The notes beneath the pieces were generated by a model. That model had not been told where the DNA came from. It saw nothing but the letters and a program-made list of their open reading frames with translations, and made no database searches. A program made the position numbers and the translations under genes. Of a stretch of DNA of 64,000 nt, positions 17,977-27,060 are shown one piece after another; the first letter of the stretch is position 1, and every line of letters starts with the position of its first letter. Source of the DNA: an uncultured Clostridia bacterium (lineage in GTDB: Bacteria > Bacillota > Clostridia > Oscillospirales > Acutalibacteraceae); contig CALWJD010000006.1 in assembly GCA_944380925.1 (NCBI GenBank), forward strand, positions 8,395 to 72,394, in the 5' to 3' direction.

Positions 17977-18843
17977 ATGCCAAACAAAAATAAAGCTCAG
18001 GAATGGTTACAGACAACCGTGTTAGCTATGGGTAGTGTGGCGCTTGCTACAACATCGGTAGCAATGATATATTTAACTTCGCTAGCTCATCAAGGTAAGG
18101 GGGCCTTAGCTAGGCTAGATACGGCTGTAGATCAGTTAATGGGTAATGCTCCTCATACCGAAGGTTCTGCAGTTGCGGAATTGGGTCCGACTCTTCGTGC
18201 TCTGGCGGATGTACTTAGAGAAGTACATGATAGAGAACTAATTGATCGGTTTTCGACGGTACTCGGAGATGTCCACGATGAAGAACTAGCTGCTCGATTG
18301 ACTATGTTGGTAGATCAACTAAATGGGTCCTATGTAATGATTCCTCGCCAAGATGTTGAATTTATCATTACAGGATTAAACGATGTTAAAGCGCATTACG
18401 ATCGTCTTGATGCTAGCGGAAAAGCTGCTGTGCAGCGCAATGTTTTCCAGAGCCATAGAAGTCGTGGCATAGAAGATCTTCCTACGTTTACCGATAGAAT
18501 GATGTCCGGTATATTTAATTTTGCGAGTGTATTGCAAAATTATCTGCGGTTAAACTGTGGGGTATTTGCTATCTCCAATATAACACGTGGACTTGTTGAA
18601 GCATTGAGAACATTTGAAGCAAACAGTAGCGAGGGTGGAAGTTATACCGTAGGATCGTATAGCAGTGATTTGCGTCGTGTTTTAGATTCAGCCGCACCAT
18701 TAGCTGCTTTCATGGTTGTAACCACAGACGGTAGACCTCCTCGTCTCCATAACTTGGTTAATACGGTGCCGGATACAGTGCGTAACGTGCAGACTGGATG
18801 GTTTGGTAATTTGCTCAGATGGATTGGAGTTCTACCACAGTAA
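17977..18843 (+). CDS. orphan protein with a signal peptide or membrane anchor, foreign base composition, unknown function
   Basis: Clean 288-aa ORF with a strong SD. The N-terminal hydrophobic segment is TTVLAMGSVALATTSVAMIYLTSLA. The protein is Ala/Arg/Val/Leu-rich, and I recognise no family. Confidence 0.75.
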   Translation: MPNKNKAQEWLQTTVLAMGSVALATTSVAMIYLTSLAHQGKGALARLDTAVDQLMGNAPHTEGSAVAELGPTLRALADVLREVHDRELIDRFSTVLGDVHDEELAARLTMLVDQLNGSYVMIPRQDVEFIITGLNDVKAHYDRLDASGKAAVQRNVFQSHRSRGIEDLPTFTDRMMSGIFNFASVLQNYLRLNCGVFAISNITRGLVEALRTFEANSSEGGSYTVGSYSSDLRRVLDSAAPLAAFMVVTTDGRPPRLHNLVNTVPDTVRNVQTGWFGNLLRWIGVLPQ

Positions 18844-18894
18844 GCTGTAAGATGATTAATAATTTATTGTTGCATTAAAATTAAATAAAAGACT

Positions 18895-19130
18895 ATGAGG
18901 GAAAGAGTAGTTAATGTAAGTCATTCAGAGAGAAAAACATTTGCTGAAAGTTTTTTATGGCAAGCATTAACGAAAACCATTCCGGAGTCGCAGTGCCGAA
19001 AAGTTTTAGTAAGCATTGCCGCAGGGCCTGCGTTAATGGTTAAATGAAGTTAAAAAACAAGGTGGAACCGTGCAATATAATGCACCCTTGATTTAAAGAT
19101 GGAAAACACCATCTTTTCAAGGGTGTTTTT
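18895..19130 (+). promoter_or_regulatory. T-box riboswitch leader for thrS (Thr ACC specifier) with terminator/antiterminator
   Basis: An AGAGAG (AG bay) lies at about 18917. The specifier context is gaaaACCa, with ACC at 18976-18978. The T-box sequence AACAAGGTGGAACCGTGC lies at about 19056-19073. The terminator stem is cacccttga / tcaagggtg (19083-19125) followed by ttttt. Confidence 0.85.
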
Positions 19131-19160
19131 GTCATATAAAGTCGAAAGGAGATTATATTT

Positions 19161-20924
19161 ATGAAAGTTATTTACAAAGATGGAATGGTTGCGGAGTGTC
19201 CGCAAGAAAAAGAGCTGGAGGTTTTAAGGCATTCAGCTGCCCACATTATGGCGCAAGCTATAAAAAGATTGTTTCCGAATGCCGATTTTGGCTACGGCCC
19301 TGCAACTGAGAGGGGATTTTACTACGATGTCGACTTGGGAGATACCAAATTAACAGATGAAGATCTTGAAAAAATAGAAAAAGAAATGGGTAAAATAGTA
19401 AAAGAAAATTTACCGATAAAACCCTTTATTTTGCCCCGTGACGAAGCGATAAAGTTTATGAACGAACGTGGCGCAAAATATAAAGCGGAACACATTTTGG
19501 ATTTACCGGAAGGTGCGGTCATAAGTTTCTATCAGCAAGGTGATTACGTAGATATGTGCGTTGGGCCACACATATGCTATACAAAGGCACTCAAAGCTTT
19601 TAAAATTACCGGTCAATCGGGTGCTTACTGGAAAAATGATAAAAATAATAAGATGCTTACCCGTATAAACGGAATTGCTTTTAGAACTAAAGATGAACTT
19701 GAAGAGCATCTTAAGTTTTTGGAAGAAGCAGAGCGCCGTGACCACCGTAAAATCGGTAAAGAAATGGACCTCTTTATGTTTTCGGAAGAAGCGCCCGGGT
19801 TTCCGTTCTTTTTACCAAATGGCACCATTTTAAAGAATAGTCTTATTAAGTACTGGAGAGAACTCCATGTCCGTGAAAACTATGTGGAAGTAAATACTCC
19901 CATGATAATGAACCGTCATCTGTGGGAAACAAGCGGACACTGGGAGCATTACAAAGATAATATGTATTCAACGCAGATTGACGATGAAGTTTATTGCGTA
20001 AAACCAATGAACTGTCCGGGCGGAGTTATGGTATATAAAAATAAACCCCACAGCTATCGTGAACTACCCATGAGGGTAGGAGAACTCGGCTTGGTTCACA
20101 GGCATGAATTAAAAGGGGCTCTACATGGGCTTTTCCGCGTTCGCTGTTTTACGCAAGATGATGCACATATTTTTATGCGCCGCGAACAAATTACCGATGA
20201 AATTTTAGGTGTCGTGCATTTAATAGATGAAGTATACTCAAAATTCGGGTTTGAATACTTTATAGAGCTTTCCACAAGGCCGGAAGACAGCATGGGAAGC
20301 GATGAAGATTGGGAAGATGCAACAAACGGTCTTAAGCACGCTTTGGAAAAATTAAACGTTCCTTATACAATCAATGAGGGTGACGGGGCTTTTTACGGAC
20401 CTAAAATAGACTTCCATTTAAGAGATTCTATCGGAAGAACGTGGCAATGCGGTACAGTGCAGCTTGATTTTCAAATGCCGCTTAATTTCGATTTGGAATA
20501 TATAGATAGCGAAGGCAAAAAGCAGCGTCCTATAATGGTTCATAGAGTATGCTTTGGCTCAATTGAACGTTTTATAGGTATTTTAACCGAACATTTTGCA
20601 GGTAAATTCCCTGTTTGGTTAGCGCCACTCCAAGTTAAAATTCTAACATTACCCGGAACCAATCTTAAGTTTGCCGGTGAATTACATGAAAGATTAATAA
20701 GCGAAGGAATAAGATGCAAGCTTGATGACAGAAACGAAAAAATAGGTTATAAAGTAAGAGAGGCAAGGCAGATAGACCGTGTTCCGTACATGCTTATTAT
20801 TGGTAAAAACGAAATTGAAACAAAAACACTTTCCGTAAGAGATAGAGATACCGATAAAACAACTCCTATGGAAGTCCAAGAGTTTATAGATATTGTGAAA
20901 AAACAAATTAATGAACGCTCGTAA
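19161..20924 (+). CDS. thrS: threonine--tRNA ligase (short N-terminus)
   Basis: The editing-domain motif RHSAAHIMAQAIKRL and class II catalytic core motifs are present (587 aa), and a Thr T-box precedes the gene. Confidence 0.96.
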   Translation: MKVIYKDGMVAECPQEKELEVLRHSAAHIMAQAIKRLFPNADFGYGPATERGFYYDVDLGDTKLTDEDLEKIEKEMGKIVKENLPIKPFILPRDEAIKFMNERGAKYKAEHILDLPEGAVISFYQQGDYVDMCVGPHICYTKALKAFKITGQSGAYWKNDKNNKMLTRINGIAFRTKDELEEHLKFLEEAERRDHRKIGKEMDLFMFSEEAPGFPFFLPNGTILKNSLIKYWRELHVRENYVEVNTPMIMNRHLWETSGHWEHYKDNMYSTQIDDEVYCVKPMNCPGGVMVYKNKPHSYRELPMRVGELGLVHRHELKGALHGLFRVRCFTQDDAHIFMRREQITDEILGVVHLIDEVYSKFGFEYFIELSTRPEDSMGSDEDWEDATNGLKHALEKLNVPYTINEGDGAFYGPKIDFHLRDSIGRTWQCGTVQLDFQMPLNFDLEYIDSEGKKQRPIMVHRVCFGSIERFIGILTEHFAGKFPVWLAPLQVKILTLPGTNLKFAGELHERLISEGIRCKLDDRNEKIGYKVREARQIDRVPYMLIIGKNEIETKTLSVRDRDTDKTTPMEVQEFIDIVKKQINERS

Positions 20925-21068
20925 TATAGTAAGTAAAACACATGCCAAAATAATATTTGGTGTGTGTTTTTAAGTTATAGGAGCAATTTAATATATGAGA
21001 GCCAATACTTTTTGATTTATGATATAATTTAACTATCATATTTTTCTTTTATAAGGGAGAAGTTATAT

Positions 21069-21920
21069 TTGGAAAATCTTTGTGATATTCATGTTGTAAA
21101 AGATATCTTAAAAAAATATGGATTTAATTTTTCAAAATCGCTTGGGCAAAATTTTATTATAAATTCCACGGTTTGTCCACGTATGGCTCAAAGTTGTTTG
21201 GAATCCGATGACAGTGGAGTGCTAGAAGTGGGGCCGGGAATAGGGGTGCTTACTTCCGAACTTGCAAAAAGATTTAAAAAAGTAGTCTCCGTGGAAATTG
21301 ATAAAAAACTAATTCCCATACTCAAAGAAACCGTGGGAGAGTATTCTAATATAAAGATAATTAACCAAGATATTTTAAAATTGGATTTAGAAAAACTTTT
21401 GCAAGATGAATTTAGTAATTGCAGTGAGGTAAATATTTGTGCAAATTTGCCTTACTATATAACGTCCGAAATAATAATGTATCTTTTAGAAAACAATCCC
21501 GGTTTTTCATCTCTGACCGTTATGGTACAAAAGGAAGCAGCAGAACGCATATGTGCTCTGCCCGGCACGCGAAACTCCGGCGCCATAAGTTTGGCTGTTA
21601 GATATTATGGTGACCCCCAAGTTTTGTTTGATGTAGGAAAAAATTCGTTTATTCCTAGTCCAAATGTGGATTCGAGTGTTATAAAAATAAACATAAGCAG
21701 CGCAAACGCACAAAGGGTAAATAATAAAAAAATGTTTTTTAAGGTTGTACGGGCAGCTTTTGCGCAGCGCAGAAAAAATATTTTAAATTCAATAAGTGCA
21801 AGACTTAAAATATCAAAAGAAAGCTTAAAATCAGTGCTTGAAAAATTAAATATAGATTCTACCAAAAGGGCCGAACAATTAAAAATGGAAGAATTTATTA
21901 ATATATCAAATAATTTATAA
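21069..21920 (+). CDS. rsmA: 16S rRNA (adenine1518/1519-N6)-dimethyltransferase
   Basis: KSLGQNFIIN, VLEVGPGIGVLT and NLPYYITS motifs. TTG start. Confidence 0.93.
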   Translation: MENLCDIHVVKDILKKYGFNFSKSLGQNFIINSTVCPRMAQSCLESDDSGVLEVGPGIGVLTSELAKRFKKVVSVEIDKKLIPILKETVGEYSNIKIINQDILKLDLEKLLQDEFSNCSEVNICANLPYYITSEIIMYLLENNPGFSSLTVMVQKEAAERICALPGTRNSGAISLAVRYYGDPQVLFDVGKNSFIPSPNVDSSVIKINISSANAQRVNNKKMFFKVVRAAFAQRRKNILNSISARLKISKESLKSVLEKLNIDSTKRAEQLKMEEFINISNNL

Positions 21921-21935
21921 AATTAATCCGCTAAA

Positions 21936-22412
21936 TTAATTAGCGGATGTTTTTTTGTTTCTTAATTCTTTAAAAAAATTTGTCAGTATAGCTGAACACT
22001 CGCTTTCGAGTACGCCACCGATCAGTTTGGGTTTATGATTATAAGGAAGATCAAATAAATTTATTACCGTACCGCAGGACCCCGCTTTTGGATCTTTGGT
22101 ACCATAGACAACGGTTGGTATTCTGGAATTTATTATCGCGCCAGCACACATTGGGCACGGTTCGAGCGTAACATAAAGAGTACAGTTTAAAAGCCGCCAG
22201 CTTCCAAGTTCCTCACAAGCTTTAAAAATTGCCTCTGTTTCTGCGTGTGAAAGAGCATTTTTGTGTGTTTCTCTATGATTTCTACCTCTGGCTACTATTT
22301 CGTTTTCATAGACTATTACCGCTCCGACGGGAACTTCGAGTTCATCTGCTGATTTTTTCGCTTCCTTTAGCGCTTCCAACATAAATTTTTCATCATAATC
22401 TTTTTGCATCAT
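21936..22412 (-). CDS. tadA: tRNA-specific adenosine deaminase
   Basis: HAETEAI and PCPMCAGA zinc-binding deaminase motifs. The likely start is MMQKDYDEK at 22412. Confidence 0.93.
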   Translation of the reverse strand: MMQKDYDEKFMLEALKEAKKSADELEVPVGAVIVYENEIVARGRNHRETHKNALSHAETEAIFKACEELGSWRLLNCTLYVTLEPCPMCAGAIINSRIPTVVYGTKDPKAGSCGTVINLFDLPYNHKPKLIGGVLESECSAILTNFFKELRNKKTSAN

Positions 22413-22456
22413 TTTATATACTACCTTTTTAAACAATCATTTCAGAGGTTATTATA

Positions 22457-23698
22457 CTATTTTTCAAAAAAATTGTTAAAGTCGTTTTTGGAGGTATCGT
22501 CAGTAATTTCTTGCAAATGTGATTTTCTTTTAAAAAATAAATATACAGCAGCAGATAACACTAAAATAATAAAGGTGACTATCCAATAAATCTTATTGTT
22601 TTTTAAAGATGATTGGATGATTTGACCTTCATTTTCGATTTTATTATCATCCGAGTTTTCTTCATCTTCATCAAATTTTTCTTCGTCGGTTTCTTCTTTG
22701 GAATTTTTGGATTTTGAGTGTTTATGATTTTTATATGCTTTGCTGCGATGTTTTTTAGATGTGTGTTTTGAATTTTCGGAGTCAGTATCGCTGCATGCGG
22801 ATTCGCTTTTTGCTTTATTGTGTTTGGAAACTTTATCACTGTATTCGGTTTCAGACGAATTCACACTTCTTTTTATTTCGATCAAATAGGATAAACTTTG
22901 GGTTTTGTTTTTAGCTATAATATTTATGTACGTAATCGACCCCGGTGCGCCCAGTTTGTGTTTGCTGACTTTTACTTGCGTGTTTTTACTTATAGGCACC
23001 ACATCAAAGTAAATTTCTTGTACTTCCCTTGGCACTTCCATTTTATATTTTGAAATATTTGGGTCAAACGATGGACTTAAAGCTCCGATACTTGGAATTA
23101 TAGATTTTAAACGGCAATCACAAGGTGGGCAGTTTTGAGGACGGCTTTTATTTGAATTGGAAGGGGCACTTATTTTAGTGGCATTATTTGGAGTTGGTAT
23201 GTCATTGTGTATGGTAACTTCCGTAAACTCGGATAGAAGTTGCTTTCTTGTTTTGCAATCGATTATATCCGTTTGAAAATATGATTGGCAGCAACTATCT
23301 GACTTGCAAACGAAAGAAACTTTATAAATTTCTGAAAAACTATTAGATAATAATACAACCCGTGGTTTTAGTGGATTGAATTTTATTTCTATTCCGTCGT
23401 CAAAATATTCTATGCTTACATCTTTTTCTGATATGCTTTCGCTTGGTATAATTCCTTTAAAATCAAATAGGCTGTTATTGAATTTTATTTTTAAAATAAA
23501 GTTGCCCAGTTTTGAATAATCATTACGCCTTCCCCGTAGATTTAAATCTATAGTAAACGAATCTTTATTACTAAGAGTTTGGCAGCTATGATTTATACCA
23601 AATTGGTAACGCAGCGCATCGGTATTGGAAAAGATTCCAAAAACGGACATTATAAAAACTATAACTAAACTTATCAAACTAATTTTTTTAAATTTCAT
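22457..23698 (-). CDS. type I membrane-anchored surface protein with a cadherin-like beta-sandwich domain
   Basis: A signal peptide is present. The segment LKSIIPSIGALSPSFDPNISKYKMEVPREVQEIYFDVV fits the cadherin-like beta-sandwich pattern (L..L.vs.G.LsP.F.p....Y.v.V). It is followed by a highly charged Lys/Ser/His/Glu/Asp low-complexity stalk and a C-terminal TM helix (IYWIVTFIILVLSAAVYLFF). Confidence 0.65.
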   Translation of the reverse strand: MKFKKISLISLVIVFIMSVFGIFSNTDALRYQFGINHSCQTLSNKDSFTIDLNLRGRRNDYSKLGNFILKIKFNNSLFDFKGIIPSESISEKDVSIEYFDDGIEIKFNPLKPRVVLLSNSFSEIYKVSFVCKSDSCCQSYFQTDIIDCKTRKQLLSEFTEVTIHNDIPTPNNATKISAPSNSNKSRPQNCPPCDCRLKSIIPSIGALSPSFDPNISKYKMEVPREVQEIYFDVVPISKNTQVKVSKHKLGAPGSITYINIIAKNKTQSLSYLIEIKRSVNSSETEYSDKVSKHNKAKSESACSDTDSENSKHTSKKHRSKAYKNHKHSKSKNSKEETDEEKFDEDEENSDDNKIENEGQIIQSSLKNNKIYWIVTFIILVLSAAVYLFFKRKSHLQEITDDTSKNDFNNFFEK

Positions 23699-23771
23699 AA
23701 TTATTATTCCTTAAAAATATTTTATTAAATTTGTAGGATGTGCTATAATGCAAAAAAGGGGGAATGTAAAA

Positions 23772-24557
23772 ATGAATTTTGTTCAAAATACTATTAAATA
23801 TTTCAGGGTTTTATTTGAAGAATCTTCTTCTAAATTGCTTCAAAGCGTGTTAATTTTGGTTATTGGTTGGTGGATTGTAAATAAGGTTTGCAAGATTGCC
23901 ACAATATTTTTCCAAAAAGGAATTTCGGATAAAGGCATAATTTCTTTTTTAAATTCTATAATTAAATTTTCTCTGAGGCTTGTTTTGCTTCTTATTGTCA
24001 TGGCAACTTTGGGAATGGACGTTACATCCCTTATGGCTGCGGTTGCTGCCTCGTTGGTTGCAATAGGAATTGCTCTTAAAGATAATATTTCTAATTTGGT
24101 AAGCGGTATAATACTGGTTGTAAGTAAGCCCATACACGTTGGCGATTTGATTGAATTTGACGGAGTAAAGGGTAAAGTTTTAAAAATCGAAATGATGTTT
24201 ACCACCTTAAAATCAGATGCAGACAACGAACTCGTTATTGCTCCAAACTCTAAGCTTGTTTCAAACAATATCAAACGGGTCAGCGAATACAATATGACTA
24301 AAGTTGAAAAATCCTATACGTCAAGTTCAAATTGTGATAAAATTAAAGAGATGAAACTTTTATTCCAAAAAGAGCTAATCTTAAACAAAAAAATAATGTC
24401 CATGCCTGCGCCTGAAGTTAAATTGGTACCTGAGCAAAACGGCTTTAGTTTATATGTTAGAATTTGGACTCAGAATAAGTATAAAGAGGTTATTGGGCAG
24501 GATATTGACAAAATTGTTAAAAAGATTTTTTCTAAATATAATTTGGAATTAATTTAA
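23772..24557 (+). CDS. small-conductance mechanosensitive channel (MscS family)
   Basis: Three N-terminal TM helices, followed by the conserved NLVSGIILVVSKPIHVGDLIEFDGVKGKV beta-domain motif. Confidence 0.85.
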   Translation: MNFVQNTIKYFRVLFEESSSKLLQSVLILVIGWWIVNKVCKIATIFFQKGISDKGIISFLNSIIKFSLRLVLLLIVMATLGMDVTSLMAAVAASLVAIGIALKDNISNLVSGIILVVSKPIHVGDLIEFDGVKGKVLKIEMMFTTLKSDADNELVIAPNSKLVSNNIKRVSEYNMTKVEKSYTSSSNCDKIKEMKLLFQKELILNKKIMSMPAPEVKLVPEQNGFSLYVRIWTQNKYKEVIGQDIDKIVKKIFSKYNLELI

Positions 24558-24608
24558 TTATAGCATAAAATCAATTAAAAATCAAACTGAAATTGAGAAG
24601 GAAAATTT

Positions 24609-25157
24609 ATGGGCAATGATGCATTTTCTGCCGGAGTAGTACCGGGGGGGTTGAAGGATAAACAAGAAATCAAAATTTTGATTTGTTTTCTTTTGCATAA
24701 TACAGATCATAATTTAACAAAAAACGATATTACCTCCATACTTCAAATGCAGGGTTTAGCCAATTATTTTGAGCTTAGCCAAGCGTTTGAGGAGATGGTT
24801 GCCGGCAAAAATATCACTTTGGATAAAGAAAATAATAACTATATCTTGACTCCCACGGGAAAAATGATAGTTGATGAGCTTGGATCATCGTTGCCGGTTT
24901 CCGTCAGAGAAAAAGCATTAAATAGCGCCAAGCGTTACTTTTCAAGACTTAAAAGTGAAAAAGAAAACACGGTAACAATCAGAAAAAGTCAGTTTGGATA
25001 CAGTGTTTCGTGTAAAGTTTCCGGTGGGGAGTTTAATATGATGGAACTTAAACTTTATGCACCGGATATGCATACCGCCGTTACAATAAGGGATAATTTT
25101 TATCATGATCCGAGCGCAGTTTACGAAAGCGTTATTTCTATACTAGGTAGAGATTAA
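24609..25157 (+). CDS. DUF4364 family protein
   Basis: The N-terminus FSAGVVPGGLKDKQEIKILICFLL matches my recollection of DUF4364 proteins, which often precede rlmN in Clostridia. Confidence 0.6.
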   Translation: MGNDAFSAGVVPGGLKDKQEIKILICFLLHNTDHNLTKNDITSILQMQGLANYFELSQAFEEMVAGKNITLDKENNNYILTPTGKMIVDELGSSLPVSVREKALNSAKRYFSRLKSEKENTVTIRKSQFGYSVSCKVSGGEFNMMELKLYAPDMHTAVTIRDNFYHDPSAVYESVISILGRD

Positions 25158-25259
25158 TTGCTTTTATGTACCAGACCGCGAACTTGACAGCATTCTACAA
25201 TATTATATAATATAAATATGAAACCAAAATACTTTCCGGAGGTGTGAAAGTTAGGTTTT

Positions 25260-26297
25260 ATGGTTTTAAAAGATATAAAGTCGATGTCCCTGCCGGAATT
25301 AAAGAGTGATTTCGAAGCTCTTTCCGAACCATCGTACAGAGCATCTCAAGTTTACTCGTGGCTGAGCAAAGGTGTTTACTCTTTTGACGATATGACAAAT
25401 TTGCCGGGAACTTTCAGAGAAATTTTGAAATCCAAATACTATATCACAAAGTTAAATATAAAAGATAAGAAAGTTTCTATTGACGGAACGGTAAAATATT
25501 TATTTGAATTGTCAGACGGGGAACTGATAGAGTCCGTACTTATGAACTATAAGCATGGCTATTCCATGTGCCTATCTACTCAAGCGGGATGCAAGATGGG
25601 ATGCTCGTTTTGTTCTACCGGGAAGTGCGGATTTTCAAGGAATTTGAGCTCTTCCGAAATACTTGCCCAGATAGAATCAGCGCAGTTAGACAGTGGCATT
25701 AAGATTTCTAACATAGTCCTTATGGGAATGGGGGAACCGCTTGATAATTATCCGAATGTATTAAAGTTTTTAAAGCTGGTAACATCCCCGGATGGTTTAA
25801 ATATAGGGGCAAGGCATATTTCACTTTCCACGTGTGGTTTAGTCGATAAAATATATAAGCTTGCGGAAGAGAAAATGCCCATTACTTTATCAGTTTCTTT
25901 GCACGCTCCAAATGATGAAATTCGTAATAAGATTATGAAGATAAACAGAAAATGGAATATTAAAGAGCTTATTAAAGCATGCGAAGATTATATTTCTTAT
26001 ACAAATCGGAGAATTTCCTTTGAATATGCAATGATAGATAATTTAAACGATACACCCGAATGTGCAAATGAACTTGCAGAGTTACTGAAAGGAATGCTGT
26101 GTCATGTTAATTTAATTCCGCTCAATGGCGCACATCAAGAGAGCCGCTTAAAAAAGAGCCCTAATAATAGAATTTATCAATTCAAGCAAGTTTTAGAAAA
26201 AAGAGGAATAACAACAACCATACGAAGAACGCTTGGAGAAGATATAGAGGCTTCGTGTGGGCAGCTTAAGAATAAATATTTAAAAACTTCCGAATGA
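25260..26297 (+). CDS. rlmN: 23S rRNA/tRNA (adenine-C2)-methyltransferase, radical SAM
   Basis: Radical-SAM CSFCSTG cluster motif, GMGEPLDN, and the C-terminal catalytic Cys in ASCGQL. Confidence 0.95.
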   Translation: MVLKDIKSMSLPELKSDFEALSEPSYRASQVYSWLSKGVYSFDDMTNLPGTFREILKSKYYITKLNIKDKKVSIDGTVKYLFELSDGELIESVLMNYKHGYSMCLSTQAGCKMGCSFCSTGKCGFSRNLSSSEILAQIESAQLDSGIKISNIVLMGMGEPLDNYPNVLKFLKLVTSPDGLNIGARHISLSTCGLVDKIYKLAEEKMPITLSVSLHAPNDEIRNKIMKINRKWNIKELIKACEDYISYTNRRISFEYAMIDNLNDTPECANELAELLKGMLCHVNLIPLNGAHQESRLKKSPNNRIYQFKQVLEKRGITTTIRRTLGEDIEASCGQLKNKYLKTSE

Positions 26298-26322
26298 TAT
26301 TTGTATAAAAAGGAGGAATGGT

Positions 26323-27051
26323 ATGGAGTTTTACCACAAAACAGATGTTGGCGCATTAAGAAAGGTTAATCAAGACGCTGTGGCTTCAAAAGTTCTAAGT
26401 CCAAATTTTGCGTGGTCGCTTATTTGCGACGGAATGGGTGGAGCTAACGGCGGAGATGTGGCAAGCAATTTGGCAGTAAGCGAAGTTTCAAATTACCTCG
26501 ATGAAAATTTAAGCGAAAATATGAGTTTGGAAGAAATAAAAGTTTTGATGTATAATGCGATTGAAAATGCAAATAATAAAATTTTTGAAAAATCATTAAA
26601 ACATGCAGAATTTAGCAACATGGGTACAACCATTGTACTTTGTATCGTTAAAGATAAAACTCTTAGCATAATGTATGCAGGGGATAGCAGAGTATATCTA
26701 TTATCAAAATCAGGAATTACGCAGCTTACAAAAGATCATTCCGTAGTACAAGAGATGGTAGATAGCGGAGAAATTACGCCTGAAGATGCAAAAAATCACC
26801 CTCAAAAAAATATAATAACAAGGGCGCTTGGAGTCAGGGAAAATATACAACTTGACTACGTAAAAGAAAATTTAAACTCAAATGATATTATATTACTATG
26901 TACCGATGGTTTAACTAACGAAATTTCAGACGATGATATATATAATTTCTGCATGAATAATGCAATTTCTGAAATTCCGGAAAAACTTATCAGGGCGGCA
27001 AATATATCCGGTGGGCGAGATAACATAACCGTTTCGGTGGCTCAAATTTAA
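26323..27051 (+). CDS. stp: PP2C-family Ser/Thr protein phosphatase
   Basis: NQDA, DGMGG, GDSR and TDGL motifs, in the operon position before prkC. Confidence 0.93.
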   Translation: MEFYHKTDVGALRKVNQDAVASKVLSPNFAWSLICDGMGGANGGDVASNLAVSEVSNYLDENLSENMSLEEIKVLMYNAIENANNKIFEKSLKHAEFSNMGTTIVLCIVKDKTLSIMYAGDSRVYLLSKSGITQLTKDHSVVQEMVDSGEITPEDAKNHPQKNIITRALGVRENIQLDYVKENLNSNDIILLCTDGLTNEISDDDIYNFCMNNAISEIPEKLIRAANISGGRDNITVSVAQI

Positions 27052-27060
27052 AATTATAAT

